Shown here in pieces: positions 38,293-51,580 of a DNA stretch of 64,000 nucleotides. The notes under the pieces are model-generated. The model did no database searches. It was not told the DNA's origin and saw only the letters and a program-made list of their open reading frames with translations. The first letter of the stretch is position 1. Each line of letters starts with the position of its first letter. The DNA comes from Felis catus (lineage: Eukaryota), in assembly GCF_018350175.1 (NCBI RefSeq), contig NC_058368.1:86492001-86556000 (forward strand), read 5' to 3'. Made by a program: the position numbers and the translations under genes.

Positions 38293-38460
38293 CCTCAAGA
38301 AGGGAAGGGCCAGAGAGAGAGGGAGACACAGAATCTGAAGCAGGCTCCAGGCTCTGAGCTGTCAGCACAGAGCGCTATGTGGGGCTTGAACTCACAGAAT
38401 GCATGATCATGATCTGAGCTGAAGTCAGACGCTTAACTGACTGAGCCACCCAGGTGCCCC
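38020..38460. mobile_element. Tail-to-tail SINE pair (+ 38020-38212; - 38223-38460)
   Basis: Outer TSD aaatgacagaagtac at 38001-38015 and 38474-38488 encloses both. Confidence 0.92.
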
Positions 38461-39340
38461 TAAAATTTTTTTTAAATGACAGAAGTACTTCAAAGATGTG
38501 GCAATTTCAGTTCTGAACCATGGCACCAAAGTAAATATAATAAATTGAATCAAATGATTTTTTTTGTTTTCCTATGGCATATAAAAGTTATGTTTATACT
38601 CTAGGCTAGTAAGTGTGCAATAGTATTATGTCTACAGAAAAACTTTAATACTTAATTTAAATATTTATTGGTAAAAAATACTCACCATCATCTGAGTTTT
38701 GAGTGAGTTATAAACTTTTTGCTGGTGAGTGGTCTTACCTTGAGGTTGATGGCTTCTGACTAATCAGGGTTGATCAAGGTGCAGGTGGCTGTGGAAATTT
38801 CTTAATATAAAACAATAACAGGGGAGTCTGGGCGGCTTATTCAGTTAAGTGACCAACTCTTGATTTGGGTTCAGGTCAAGGTCTCACATTAGTGATTTTC
38901 AGCCCCATGTCGGGCTCTGCACTGACAGTGTAGAGCCTGCTTGGGATACTCTGTCTCTCTCCCTCTCTCAGCCACCCACCCTCTCTGTCTCAAATATAAG
39001 TAACAAACATTTAAAAAAAAAACAATAATAAATTATGCTGTAACTATTGACCTTTCTCTTCATGGATGATTTCTCTGTAATAATTAATGCTTTTGTCAGC
39101 ATTTTACCCACAGTATAACTTCTTTCAAAGTTGGAGTAAATCCTTTAAAACCCTGCCTGATTATCAACTAAGTTTATGTCATATTCTAAATCCACTTGTA
39201 GTTATTTCAACAATTTTCATAGTTTCTCACCAGTAGATTCCAGGTCAAAAAAAAATTCTTTGTTCAGCAGTAAGAAGCCACTCTTTATCCATTAAAGTTT
39301 ATTATGAGATTGCAACAAGTAACATTGTCAGGCTTTATTT

Positions 39341-39763
39341 ATTTATTTATTTATTTATTTATTATATTTTAAATTTAAATCTGAGTTAGTTAACAGTGTA
39401 ATAATGATTTCAGGACTAGAATTTAGGGATTCATCACTTACTTATAACATCCAGTGCTCATCCCCACATGTGACCTCCTTAATTCCCATCACTCATTTAG
39501 CCCAGCCCCCTACCCAACACCCCTCCATCAACTCTCAGTTTGTTTTCAGTATTTAAGAGTCTTTTATGGTTTTTATCCCCATCTGTTTTTACCTTACTTT
39601 TGTTTACCTTATGCTATGTTCATCTGTTCTGTTTCTTAAATTCCACATATGAGTGAAATTGTATCTTTCGTTCTCTCACTGACTTATTCACTTATACACT
39701 CTAGTTCCATCCATGTTGTTGCAAATGGTAAGATTTCATTCTTTTTGATTGCAGACTAATATT

Positions 39764-39813
<50 letters not shown>

Positions 39814-42800
39814 CCACATCTTCTTTATTCATTCATCAGTCAATGGACATTCTGGCTTTTCCCATACTTTGGCTATTGTCAATAGCACTGCTATAAACAT
39901 TGGGGGGCACGTGCCGCTTTGAATCAGCAATTTTTTATCCTTTGATTAATTATATAGTAGTGCAATTTTGGGGCCACAGGGTAGTTTTATATTTAAATTT
40001 TTGAGGAACCTCCACACTTTCCAGAGTGGCTGCACCAGTTTGCATTCCCCAACAGCAGTGCAAAAGGGTTCCTCTTTCTCTGCATCCTCATCAAAATCTG
40101 TTGCCTGAGTTGTTATTTTTAGCCATTCTGACAGGTGTGAAGTGGTGTCTCAGTGTGGTTTTGATTTTTATTCCCCTGCTGATGAGTGATGTTGAGGATG
40201 TTTTCATGTATCTGTTATCCATCTGGATGTCTTCTTTGGAAGAGTGCCTGTTCATGTTTGTTGCCCATTTCTTGATTGGATTATTTGTTTTTTGGGTGTT
40301 TAGCTTGATAAATTCTTTATGCAGTTTGGATACTAACCTTTTATTTGATATGTCATTTGCAAATATCTTCTCTCATTCCATCTATTGTATTTTAATTTTG
40401 TTGACTGTTTCCTTTGCTGTGCAGAATATTTTTACCTCGATGAGTCCCAATAGTTCATTTTGGGTTTTGTTTCCCTTGCTTCATGAGACATGTCAAGTAA
40501 GAAGTTGCTATGGCTAAAATCAGAGAGTTTGTTGCCTATTTTCTTTCTAGGATTTTAATAGCTTCCTGTACTATGTTTAGGTCTTTCACCCATTTTGAGT
40601 TTATTTTGTGTGGTGTAAGAAAGTGGTCTAGGTTTATTCTTCTGCATGTCACTGTGCACTTCTCCCAACACTATCTGTTGAGGAGACTGTATCTTTTCAT
40701 TGACTATTCTTTCCTGCATTGTCAAGGATTACTTGGCCATATGCTTCTAGGTCCATTTCTGGGTTCTCTATTCTATTCCATTGACTTATTTGTCTGTTTT
40801 TGTGCCACTACCATCCTATGCTAATGATTAGAGCTTTGTAACATACCTTGAAGTATGGAATTGTGATGCCTCCAGCTTTTGTTTTCTGTTTCAACATTAC
40901 TTTGGCTATGTGGGGGACTTTTGTGGTTCCATACAACTTTTAGAATTGTTTGTTCCAGCTCTGTGAAGAATGCTGATGTTATTTTATAGGAATTGCATTG
41001 AATATGTAGATTGCTTTGGGTAGTATCAACATTTTAACAACATTTGTTCTTCCAATCCATGAACATGGAATGTTTTTCCATTTTTTGTGTCTTCTTCATT
41101 GTCCTTCAATAAGCTTTCTGTAGTTTTCAGTGTATAGATTTTTAACTCTTTGGTTAGATTTATTTCTAGGTATTTTACAGTCTTTGGAGTAATTATAAAT
41201 GGAATTAATTCCTTGATTTCTCTTTCTGCTACTTCATTAATGGTGTATAGAGATGCAGTTGAATACTGTACATTGAATTCATATCCTACAATTTTGCTGA
41301 ACTCATGGATCAGTTAGCAGGTTTTTGGTGGAGTCTTTTGGGTTTTTCACAAAGAGTATCATGTCTTTTGCAAAGAGTGAAAGCTTAACTTCCTCCTTGC
41401 CAATTTGGAATCTCTTTATTACTTTTTGCTGTTTGATTGCTAAGGCTAGGACTTCCAACACTATCTTGAATAACAGTGGTGAGAGTGGCCATCCTTGTCA
41501 TGTTCCTGACCTTAGGTGGAAAGCTTTGTTTTTCCCCATCGAGGATGATATTAGTTGTGGGTGCTTCATATATGTCCTTTATGATCTTCAGGTATGTTTC
41601 TTCTATCTTTCTTGAGGGTTTTTATCAAGAAAGGATGCTGTATTTTGTTAAATGTTTTTCTGCATCTGTTTATAGGATCATGTGGTTCTTATTCTGTCTT
41701 TTATTGATGTGATGTATCACATTGATTGATTTGCAGATATTGAACCAAACTTGTATCCCAGGAATAAATACCACTTGATTGTGGTGAATAAGTCTTTCAA
41801 TGTATCATTGGAGCCTGTTTTATAGTGTTCTGTTGACAATTTTTGCATCCATGTTCATCAGGGAAACTGGTCTGTATTTTTCCTTTTTTGTGGGGTCTTT
41901 GATTTTTTTTCAATATATGAAATTTATTGTCAAAATGGTTTCCATACAACACCCAGTGCTCATCCCAAAAGGTGCCCTCCCCAATACCCATCACCCACCC
42001 TCCCCTCCCACCCCCCATCAACCCTCAGTTTGTTCTCAGTTTTTAAGAGTCTTTCATGCTTTGGCTCTCTCCCACTCTAACCTCTTTTTTTTCCCCTTAA
42101 CCTCCCCCATGGGTTTCTGTCAAGTTTCTCAGGATCCACATAAGAGTGAAAACATATGGTATCTGTCTTTCTCTGTATGGCTTATTTCACTTAGCATCAC
42201 ACGGGGTCTTTGATTTTTGAATCAAAGTACTGTTGGCTCCATAGAATGAGTTTGGAAGTTTTCCATTCCATTTCTAATTCTTGGATTCAGCTTCAAAAGA
42301 ATAAGTGTAAGCCCTCTTTAAACATTTTATGGAATTCCCATGGAATGCCATCCAGCCCTGGACTCTTGTTTGTTGGGAAATTTTTTGATTACTGATTCAA
42401 GTTATTTACTGAGTTATGGGTATGTGTAAATTTTCTATTTCTTCCTGTTTCAGTTTTAATAGTTTATATATTTCTAGATATTTGTCCATTTAGACAAGGC
42501 AGAAAATCAGTGATATAAAAGACAAAATTATGGAGAATAATGAAGCAGAAAAAAAGAAGGCAACATAGGCAAGAGATTACAAAACAAGACTTAGAGAAAT
42601 CAGTAACTTTTTAAAAGGGAACAACATTTGAATAATACTTCATAGGAGTCCAAGATGGGGAAAAGAGAGAAAAAGGGGAAGAGAGTTTATTGGAGCAAAT
42701 AATAGCAAATAACTTTCCTAATCTGGGGAAGGACACAGACATCAAAATCCACGAAGCACAGAGAACTTTCATTAGATTCAACAGGAATCCACCATGACCA

Positions 42801-44515
42801 AGGCATATCCTAAAGTCACAAAATATACAGACAAGGAAAGAATTATGAAAGTAGCAAGAGAAAAAAGTCCTTAACCCATAGAGGAAGACAGATCTGGTTC
42901 ATAGCAGACTCATCCACAGAAACTTGGAAGGTCAGAAAGGAGTGGCGGGATATATTATGCATGCTAAATTGGAAATATATATAGCCAAGAATTCTTTATA
43001 CAGCAAGCCTCTCATTCAAAATAGAAGGAGAGATAAAGAGTTTCCGAGATAAACAAAAATTAAGGAAGTTAGTAACCACTAAACCAGTCCTGCAAGAAAT
43101 TTTAAGGGTGTCCTTTGAGTGGAGAAAAGACAAAGAAAAACAAAATGAAAAAAGTAATGAAGACTAAAACGGTTCAGAGATCAGAAACACTAATTCAACA
43201 AGTAACACAATGGCACAACTTCATATCTTTCAGTACTCACTCTCAATGTTAATGGACTAAATGTTCCAATCAAAAGACATAGGGCATCAGAATGAAGAAT
43301 AAACCAAGACCCATCTATATTTTGTTTACAAGAGACCCATTTTAGACCTGAGGACACCTTCAAATTGAAAAGGAATGGAGAACCATCTATCATGCTAATG
43401 ATCACTAAAATAAAGTTGGAATAGTCATACTCATATCATACAAACTAGATTTTAAAATAAAGACTGTACCAAGAGATGAAGAAGGACATTATATCATAGT
43501 TAAGGTGTCTATCAACCAATAAGCCCTAACAGTTGTAAATATGTATGCCCCCAATATAAAGCACCCAAATATAAAATTTGATTAATCACAAACATAATAA
43601 AAACTCATTAATAATGATACCATAATAGTAAGGACTTCAATACCCAACTTACAGTAATGGACAGATCAGGTAAGTAGAAAATCAAAAAGGAAACAATGGC
43701 TCTGAATAACACATTGGACCATGGACTTAACAGATTTATTCAGAACATTTCATCCTAAAGCGCCAGAATGCACATTCTTCTAGAGTGCACATGGAACATT
43801 CTCCAGAATAGATCACATAGTGGGTAACAAATCAGCCCTCAACAATTACAAAAAGATTGATATCATACCATGCATATTTTCAGACCACAACACTATGAAA
43901 CTCAGAATCAACCCGAAGGAAAAAAATGGAAAGAGCATGAATACTTGGAGATTAAAGAACATCCTACTAAGGAATGAATGAGTGAGCCAAAACATTAAAG
44001 ACAAAATTAAAAATTACATGGAAGCCAATGAAAATGTAAACACAAAAGTCCAAAACCTCTGGGATGCAGCAATGTTGGTTATAAAAGGGAAGTCTATAGC
44101 AACCCAAGCCTTTCTAATTAAGGAATGGGGGTCTCAAATACACAGCTTAATCCTACACCTAGAAAAATGCTGGAAAAAGAATAGCAAATGAAACCCAAAC
44201 CTAGCCGAAGAAGAGAAATAATAAAGATTTGAGCAGAAATCACTAATATAAAAATAATTTAAAAAAAGAAAAAAGAAACAAAAAGAAAAACAAAAGCATT
44301 AGAACAAATCAATGAAACCAGTAACTGGTTCTTTGAAAGAATTAACAAGTTGATAGTTGATAACAGCCAGATTGATCATAAAGAGAAAGGAAAGGACCCA
44401 AACAAATAAAATCACGAATGAAAGAGAGATCGCAACCAACACTGTGAAAATACAAACAGTAATAAAAGAATTTATGAGCAATTACATGCCAACAAATTAT
44501 GCAATCTGAAAGAAA
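39341..44515 (-). mobile_element. LINE-1 with 5' inversion (twin priming)
   Basis: Minus segment 39341-42491, plus segment 42492-44515, breakpoints contiguous in L1 coordinates; flanks aggctttattt / aggcttcactt. Confidence 0.9.
41908..42202 (-). mobile_element. Younger L1 3'-end insertion nested in L1
   Basis: Perfect TSD ggggtctttgattttt at 41892-41907 and 42203-42218. Confidence 0.93.
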
Positions 44516-45351
44516 AGGCTTCACTTCCAATTAGAGTTCTCTTGCTGTTTCTACCAAATCTGCAGTTATTTGCTGCCCTGAAAACAAGAAACCCTCAAAG
44601 TCACCCATGAAGTTTAAAATCACTTTCATTTAAATTCTTGTTGATGTTTGACCTCTTATCGTGTGTTATGAAGATTCTTAACAGCACCTAATGGTGAATC
44701 ATTTCCAGAAGGATTTCAATTTACACCCCCAACACCATCCATCAGATGAATCACTATACATGATAGCTATATCCTTATGGTATGTACTTCTAAAATAAGA
44801 AAATTTGAAAATCAAAATTACTTCTTGATCCATGGGATACAGAATAAATGTTGTGTTATCAGGCATAAAAACAATGTCCATCTCATTTTACACCTTCACT
44901 GGAGCTCTTGGGTGACGAGATGCATTGTCAATGAATAGTAATATTTTAAAATCAATGTTTTTTGTTTGTTTTCTGAGCAGTATTTCTCAAGAATAGGTTT
45001 AAACTTTTAATACCATGTTGGCAACAGATGTGCTGTCATGCAGGCTTTGTTGTTCTATTTATAAATCAGAGGCATAGAGTTAGAATAGTTTTTAATATCC
45101 TAGGATTTTCACTCTTGTAAATGACAATTGGCTTCAAGTTAATGTCACCAGATACATTAGTGCCTAAAGGAGAGATAGCCTATCCTTTGAAGACTCAAAG
45201 GCAAACACAGACTTCTACTCTCAAGGTATGAAAGTACTATATAACATCTTCCAATATAAGGTTGTTTCATCTGCATTGAAAATCTGTTTTTTAGTGTAAC
45301 CACCTTTATTAATTATCATAGCTAGTTCTGCTGGATACTTTTTTGAAGATT

Positions 45352-46687
45352 TCATTTAAATTCCATTATTTAATATACAGTGACACATTAGTTGCAGGTG
45401 TACAATTTGATGAATTAATACTTGCATAAAAACCCAGTGCTCATCACAACAAGTACACTCATTAATCACCACTATATCCTTAACCCAAACACCCCACATT
45501 GCTCTGGTACCCATTAGTTGGTTGTTTATAGCTAAAAGCCTGATTCTGGGTTTGCTTTTCTCTCTTTTTTCCCTTTGATATTCATTTTGTTTCTTAAATT
45601 CCACATGTGAGTGAAATCACTTCTCTTTATCCGACTGACTTATTTTTCTTCGCATAATATTCTGTAGCTCCATCCATGTAGTTGCAAATGACAAGATTTC
45701 ATTTCTTTATGGCTGAGTAATAGTCCATTGTATATATTCACTGCTTCTTCCTTATTCATTCTTTAGCTGATGGACAATTGGGTTCTTTCCATAATCTGGC
45801 TATTAGAAATAATGTTGCTATAAACATTGGGTTGCATTCATCCTTTTGAATTAGTATCTTTGTATTTGGGGGTAAATATCTCCTAATGCAATTACTGGAT
45901 TATAATCTAGCTCTATTTTTAACTTTTTCGGGAACCTCCATACTGTTTTCCAAAATTGCTATGAATTTCCACCAAGAGTCTAAGAGGGTTCCCTTTCTCT
46001 GCATCTTTGCCTACACCTGTTGCTTCTTGTGCTGTTAATTTTAGCCATTCTGACAGGTGAGAGGTGCTTGCTCATCTTGGTTTTGATTTGCATTTCCCTA
46101 ATGTTGAATGATGTTGAGTATATTTTCATTTTTCTATCAGCCATCTGTATATCTTCTTTGATAAAAGATATACTCATGTCTTCTCATTATTTAATTGGAT
46201 TATTCATTTTTTGGGTATTGAGTTATATATGTTCTTTATATATTTTTAAAACTAACCCTACATTGGGCAGGCAATTTGCAAATATATTCTCCCATTCCTT
46301 AGGTTGCCTTTTAGTTTTGTTGTTTCTTTCACTGTGCAGGCAGAAGCTTTTCATATTGATAATGCCCAATCATGTATTTTTTCTATTATTTCCCTTGCCT
46401 CAGGAGACATATCTAGTAATAACTTGTTATGTCTGATGTCAAAGAATTTAGTGCCTGTGATTTATTCTAGGATTTTTATGATTCAGTCTCACATTTAAGT
46501 CTATAATCCATTTTGAATTTATTTTTGTATATGGTATAAGAGAGTGGTTCAACTTCATTCTTCTGCATGTTGTTGTACAGTTTTCCCTACACCATTTGTT
46601 AAAAGACTCTCTTTTTTTATTGGATATTCTTTCCTACTTTTTAAAAATATTTTTTAATTTTTAAAAATATTTAGTTTTCTTTTCCTT

Positions 46688-46723
<36 letters not shown>

Positions 46724-48742
46724 TGGGGGAGGGGCAAAGAGAGAGAAAGACAGACACAGAATCTGAAGCAGGCTCCAGGCTCTGAGCTGTCAGCACAGAG
46801 CATGACACAGAGCTTGAACTCACTGACCATCAGATCATGACTTGAGCTGAAGTCAGAAGCTTGACGAACTTAGCCACCCAGGCACCCCTCACCGGATATT
46901 CTTTCCTGCTTTATAGAAGATTAATTGACTATATAGTTGTGGACTTCTTTCTGGTATTTCAATTCTGGTTTATTGGTGTATATGTTTATTTTTGTGCCAG
47001 TAACATGTTGTTTTTTTTACTACAACCTTGTAATATAACTTGAAGTCTGGAATTGTGATGCCTCCATAATGTGTTCACTTTTCTAGATTGCTTTCGCTAT
47101 TCAAGTCTTTTGTGTTTCCATGTAATTTAGAGGATTGTTTGTTCTAGATCTGTGAAAAAATGCTGGTGGTATATTGATGGGGATTGCATTAAATGTGTAT
47201 ATTGATTTGCATAGTACAGACATTTTAACAATCTTTGATCCTGCAATCTATGAACATGGAAATGTCTAGTACAGGTCTTTCACCTCTGGTTGTGTTTTTT
47301 CCTAGATATCTTATGCTTTTGGTGCAATTGTAAATGAGATCGGTTTCTTAATTTTCTTTTCTGCTGCTTCATTATTCATGTACATAAATGCAACAGATTT
47401 TTGTGAGTTGATTTTGTTTCCTTCAACTTTACTGAATTCACTTATTAGTTCCAGCAATTTTTGGGTGGAGTCTTTCAGATTTTTTTATATATAATATTAA
47501 ATTTGCCAATAGTGAAAGTTTTCCTTCTTACTTGCTAAATTGGATGCATATTATTTCTCTGTTGTCTGATTTCTGTGTCTAGGACTTCCAACATTATGTT
47601 AAATGATAGTGCCGAGAGTGGACATCCATGTCTTGTTCCTAACTGTAGAGGAAAAGCTCTCAGTTTTTCCCCGTTGAAGATGACACTAGCTGTGCATTTT
47701 CCATAGATGATCTCTATTATTTTGAATTATACTTCTTCCAAACCTTCTTTGAGAGTTTTTGTTATTAAAAGATGTTGTACTTTGTCAACATGTATTCTAC
47801 ATGTATTTAAGTGATCACATTTTTTATCCTTTCTTTTATTAATGTGGTGTTTCACATTATATGAATATTGAACAACACTTTTAACCTAGGAATAAATCCT
47901 ACTTGATTGTCATGAATGATTTCTTAAAATGTAGTTAGTTTTGGTTTGTTAGTATTTTATTGAGAATTTTTGCACTCTATCCATCAGGGATATTGGCCTA
48001 TAGTTTTCTTATTTGTTGTTGTTGTTATCTGGTTTTGGTATCAAGGTAATATTAGTTTCATAGACTAAAATTCAAAGTTTTCCTTCTTTTTTCTATTTTT
48101 TTTGTAATAGTTTGAGAAGACTTGGTGATAACTCTTATTTATTTCTTTACTCATTTTTGTACTTTAGAGAGGGAGAAAGTGAGCAAGTAGTGGAAAGTGG
48201 CAGAGCTAGAGAGAGAGATCACCTTAAGCAGGCTCCACACTCCATGCATAGCCCAATGTATGGCTTGATAACAGGACACTGGGATCATGACCTGAGCTAA
48301 AAGTCAAGAGTCAGATGCTTAACCAACTGACCCACCAAGGTGCCCCGGTCATAACTCTTCTTTAAATGTATTGTAGAATTTACCTGTGAAGCCCTCTGGT
48401 CCCCTTTTGTTGGGAGATTTTTTGATTACTTTTCAATTCCTATGCAAGTCATCAGTCTGTTCAAGTTTACTAATTCACATTATTTCAGTTTTGGTATTTT
48501 ATAATTTCTAGGAATTTTACCACTTCTTCTAAGTTTTCAATTTATCCACATATAGTTTTTCATAATGTACTTTTATAATTCTTTGAAATTATGTGCTGTT
48601 GCATGTTATTTCTCTGGTCCCATATTTGATTTTGTTTATTTGTGTCCTTTCACTTTTCTTTTTGATAAGTCTGGATAGAAGTTTGTATATATTTTTTTCA
48701 AACAACCAGTTCCTGATTTTATTGATTCGTTTTATTGTGGGT

Positions 48743-48774
<32 letters not shown>

Positions 48775-49998
48775 GTTTCTATAACATTTATTTCTGCTCT
48801 AATCATCATTATACCCTACCTTCTGCTGGATTTAGGCTTTGTTTTTCTTTTTCTGGCTACTTTAGGTGTAAGATTAGGTTTTATATCTTAAAAATTTCTT
48901 GCTTCTTGAATTAGGCCTGTATTGTTATAAATATCCCTCATAGGACTTCTTTTGCTGCATCCCAATGATTTTGGATCATTGTGTTTATTTTTAATTCCAT
49001 GTGTTTTTAAAATTTCTTCTTTCATTTCCTTGTTGATCCATTCAGTGTTTAGCAGCATGTCGTTTAACATTCATGCATTTGTCAGTGGGGAGTTAAAGTT
49101 CCCTATTATTAGTGTATCATTATTAAATCATTCCTTTATGTTTGTTATTATTTTATATATTCATGTGCTTCCATGTCAGGTACATAAATATTTACAATTG
49201 TTAGATCTTCATGTTAGATTGTCCCATTTATGAATATATTGTGTCCTTCTCTATCTCTTGCTATTGTCTTTCTTATAAAGTCTAGTTTGTCTGATATAAG
49301 TATTGCTTCTCTTGCTTTCTTTTGGCATTCTTTGGCAGGATAAATGTTTTTCCATACCCCCACTGTCAATCTGTACATAACTTTAAATCTAAAAGAAGTC
49401 TCTTGTAGGAAGCATATATATGGGTATTGTTTTGTTTTTATCCATACTGACACCTAAGTGTTTTCAATGGAGCATTTAGTTCATTTAAAGGCAAAGTTAT
49501 TATTGATAGATATGTATTTATTGTCATTTTATTATTCATTTTCTCATTGCTTCGGGGACTTCCTATGATCCTTTCTTGTCTTCCTCATTGTTCACAGTGC
49601 CCTTTAATATTTCTTGCAGGGTTAGTTAAGTAATCACGAACTCCTTTAATTTTGTTTTTCTGGGAAATTCTTTTATTTTTATTTATTTTTTTTTTTGATG
49701 TTTGTTTATGCTTGAAAGAAAGGACAGAGTGTGAGTGGGGGAGGGGCAGAGAGACAAAGAGACACAGAATCCAAAGCAGGATCCAGGCTCTGAGCTGTCA
49801 GCACAGAGCCTGGCTCAGGGCTCGAACTCATGAAATGGGAGATCATGACCTGAGCCGAAGTCGGATGTTCAACCAACTGAGCCACTCAGGCACCCCTTTC
49901 TGGGAAATTCTTTATCTCTCCTTCTGTTCTGAATAATAGATAGCCTTGCTGGATAGATTATTCTTGAATACAGATTTTTTTTCCACTTAGCACTTTGA
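45352..49998 (-). mobile_element. LINE-1 (3' end to end of ORF1), with minus-strand SINEs at 46641-46888, 48137-48346 and 49674-49896
   Basis: ORF2 endonuclease peptide 49214..49453 ICFLQETSFR...AILISDKLDF; SINE TSDs ggatattctttcct and tttctgggaaattcttt. Confidence 0.9.
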
Positions 49999-50647
49999 AT
50001 AAAATCACATTTTGTATATCTGTGTCTTCTCACTAGACTTCAGGGACACAAATGATGCCAGAAAATGTCATATAGTACCTTATGAAAAGGGGAAGTCAGA
50101 TGGACAACACATTGTTTTTACTTTTGCCTTGTTGAGATAAAATCAACACAACATGAAATTATACATCTTAATATGTACAGTTTAGTGGCATTTAATACAT
50201 TCACAGTGCTGTGCAGACATCACCTACCTCTGTCTATTTCCTTTAATTTGAGAATGCATTATGTATATTGTGTCATGTGGCATTTTACATATTAACTTTC
50301 TTAAGAGTTACTACATTATCAGTTTATCTAGAAGAGCCCAAGTTTATTTCTGATGTTCCAGTATCCTGTACAATTTACCATTCATCACAGAAAAGGACCT
50401 TCCCATTAGTATGACAAATATAAGTCAGCATATATCTGTACACTTCCAAGTAGAAACCTATGGGTTTTGCCATCAACTTGATCTAAACAATGAGGATGCT
50501 TCTTAATTGCACTTTAATGAGTACAATTAAATTTTTCATGATAACTTTTACTCTATATATCCAGTATTATTACTAGACTATGAAATGGATTATTTATATA
50601 ATCATGTCAGTGAATAAAAAGATCACAATGTATGCAATATTAACTCT

Positions 50648-51580
50648 TTAGTTTGATAGACAATATCTTCTCATTAACAATTTCCTTAGTGCCATCTTCA
50701 TATCCTTATTTCTCAGACTATAGATGAGGGGGTTTATGGTGGGTGGCACCACAGTATAGAATACTGAAACTAGCAAATCAAAGAGTGATGGAGATTTGGA
50801 TAAGGGGTGTAAATAGGCAAAAAACCCAGAAGAGAGAAACAGAGTCACAACAATGAGGTGAGGCAAACATGTAGAGATAGCTTTGTGCCTGCCTTCTACA
50901 GAGGGCATCCTCAGCACAGTGGAGAATACATAATAGTAAGAAATATCAATAAACACAAAACAGCCAAAATCTAACAGTAGGCTGAGGCCAATGACTACTA
51001 ATTCCCCAATGTTATATGAACAGGCAAGAGAGAGGAGTTGTGGGACATCACAGAAGAACTGATTAACTTCAGGAGGCCCGCATATGGATATGGAAAAGGT
51101 AGAAGCTGTATGAAGAATTGCATTGAGACATCCACTGATCCATGAAGAGGTGGCCATCTGTATGCAAGCTTCATGGCCTATGATGATGTCATATCTGAGA
51201 GGATGGCAGATGGCAACATAGCGGTCATAAGACATGACTGTGAGTAGTGCTACTTCTGTACTGGCTAAGAGGAAGAAGAAAAAGACCTGTGAAACACATC
51301 CAAGAAAGGAAATTGTGTTTTGATTCATTAGAGAGTTCATGATGGATTTTGGAACAGTGATGGAAATGAAGCAGAGATCCAGAAAAGACAGGTTCTTCAG
51401 GAAAAAGTACATTGGAGTGTGGAGCTGATGATCCTTGGTCGTGAGGGTGATGATGAGAAGGTTCCCCAGTATGGCTGCTAGGTAAATTAGCAAAAACAGG
51501 ACCGCATGTAAGATCTGGATCTCCCTAATATCTGAGAAGCCCATGAGGAAGAATGTTCCTCCAGAGGTGAAGTTTTCCAT
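50648..51580 (-). CDS. Intact olfactory receptor, family 14 (310 aa)
   Basis: N-glycosylation site NFT, LHTPMYFFLKNLSFLDLC, MSYDRYVAICHPL, QFFCDVPQLL, STCLPHL, PPTINPLIYSLRN; acceptor ttttttgtag upstream (minus, AG at 51604-51605); AATAAA on minus at 50343-50348. Confidence 0.96.
   Translation of the reverse strand: MENFTSGGTFFLMGFSDIREIQILHAVLFLLIYLAAILGNLLIITLTTKDHQLHTPMYFFLKNLSFLDLCFISITVPKSIMNSLMNQNTISFLGCVSQVFFFFLLASTEVALLTVMSYDRYVAICHPLRYDIIIGHEACIQMATSSWISGCLNAILHTASTFSISICGPPEVNQFFCDVPQLLSLACSYNIGELVVIGLSLLLDFGCFVFIDISYYYVFSTVLRMPSVEGRHKAISTCLPHLIVVTLFLSSGFFAYLHPLSKSPSLFDLLVSVFYTVVPPTINPLIYSLRNKDMKMALRKLLMRRYCLSN

Larger units (their letters stand above)
38480..45350 (-). mobile_element. 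Tigger1 DNA transposon 3' portion, split by a SINE (38821-39020) and an L1 (39341-44515)
   Basis: Degenerate terminus cagaagtacttcaaagat; pogo-type DDE peptide 44699..44881 VFMPDNTTFILYPMDQEVI...SDSSDG...KLKSFWK; sequence is collinear across the L1. Confidence 0.85.
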
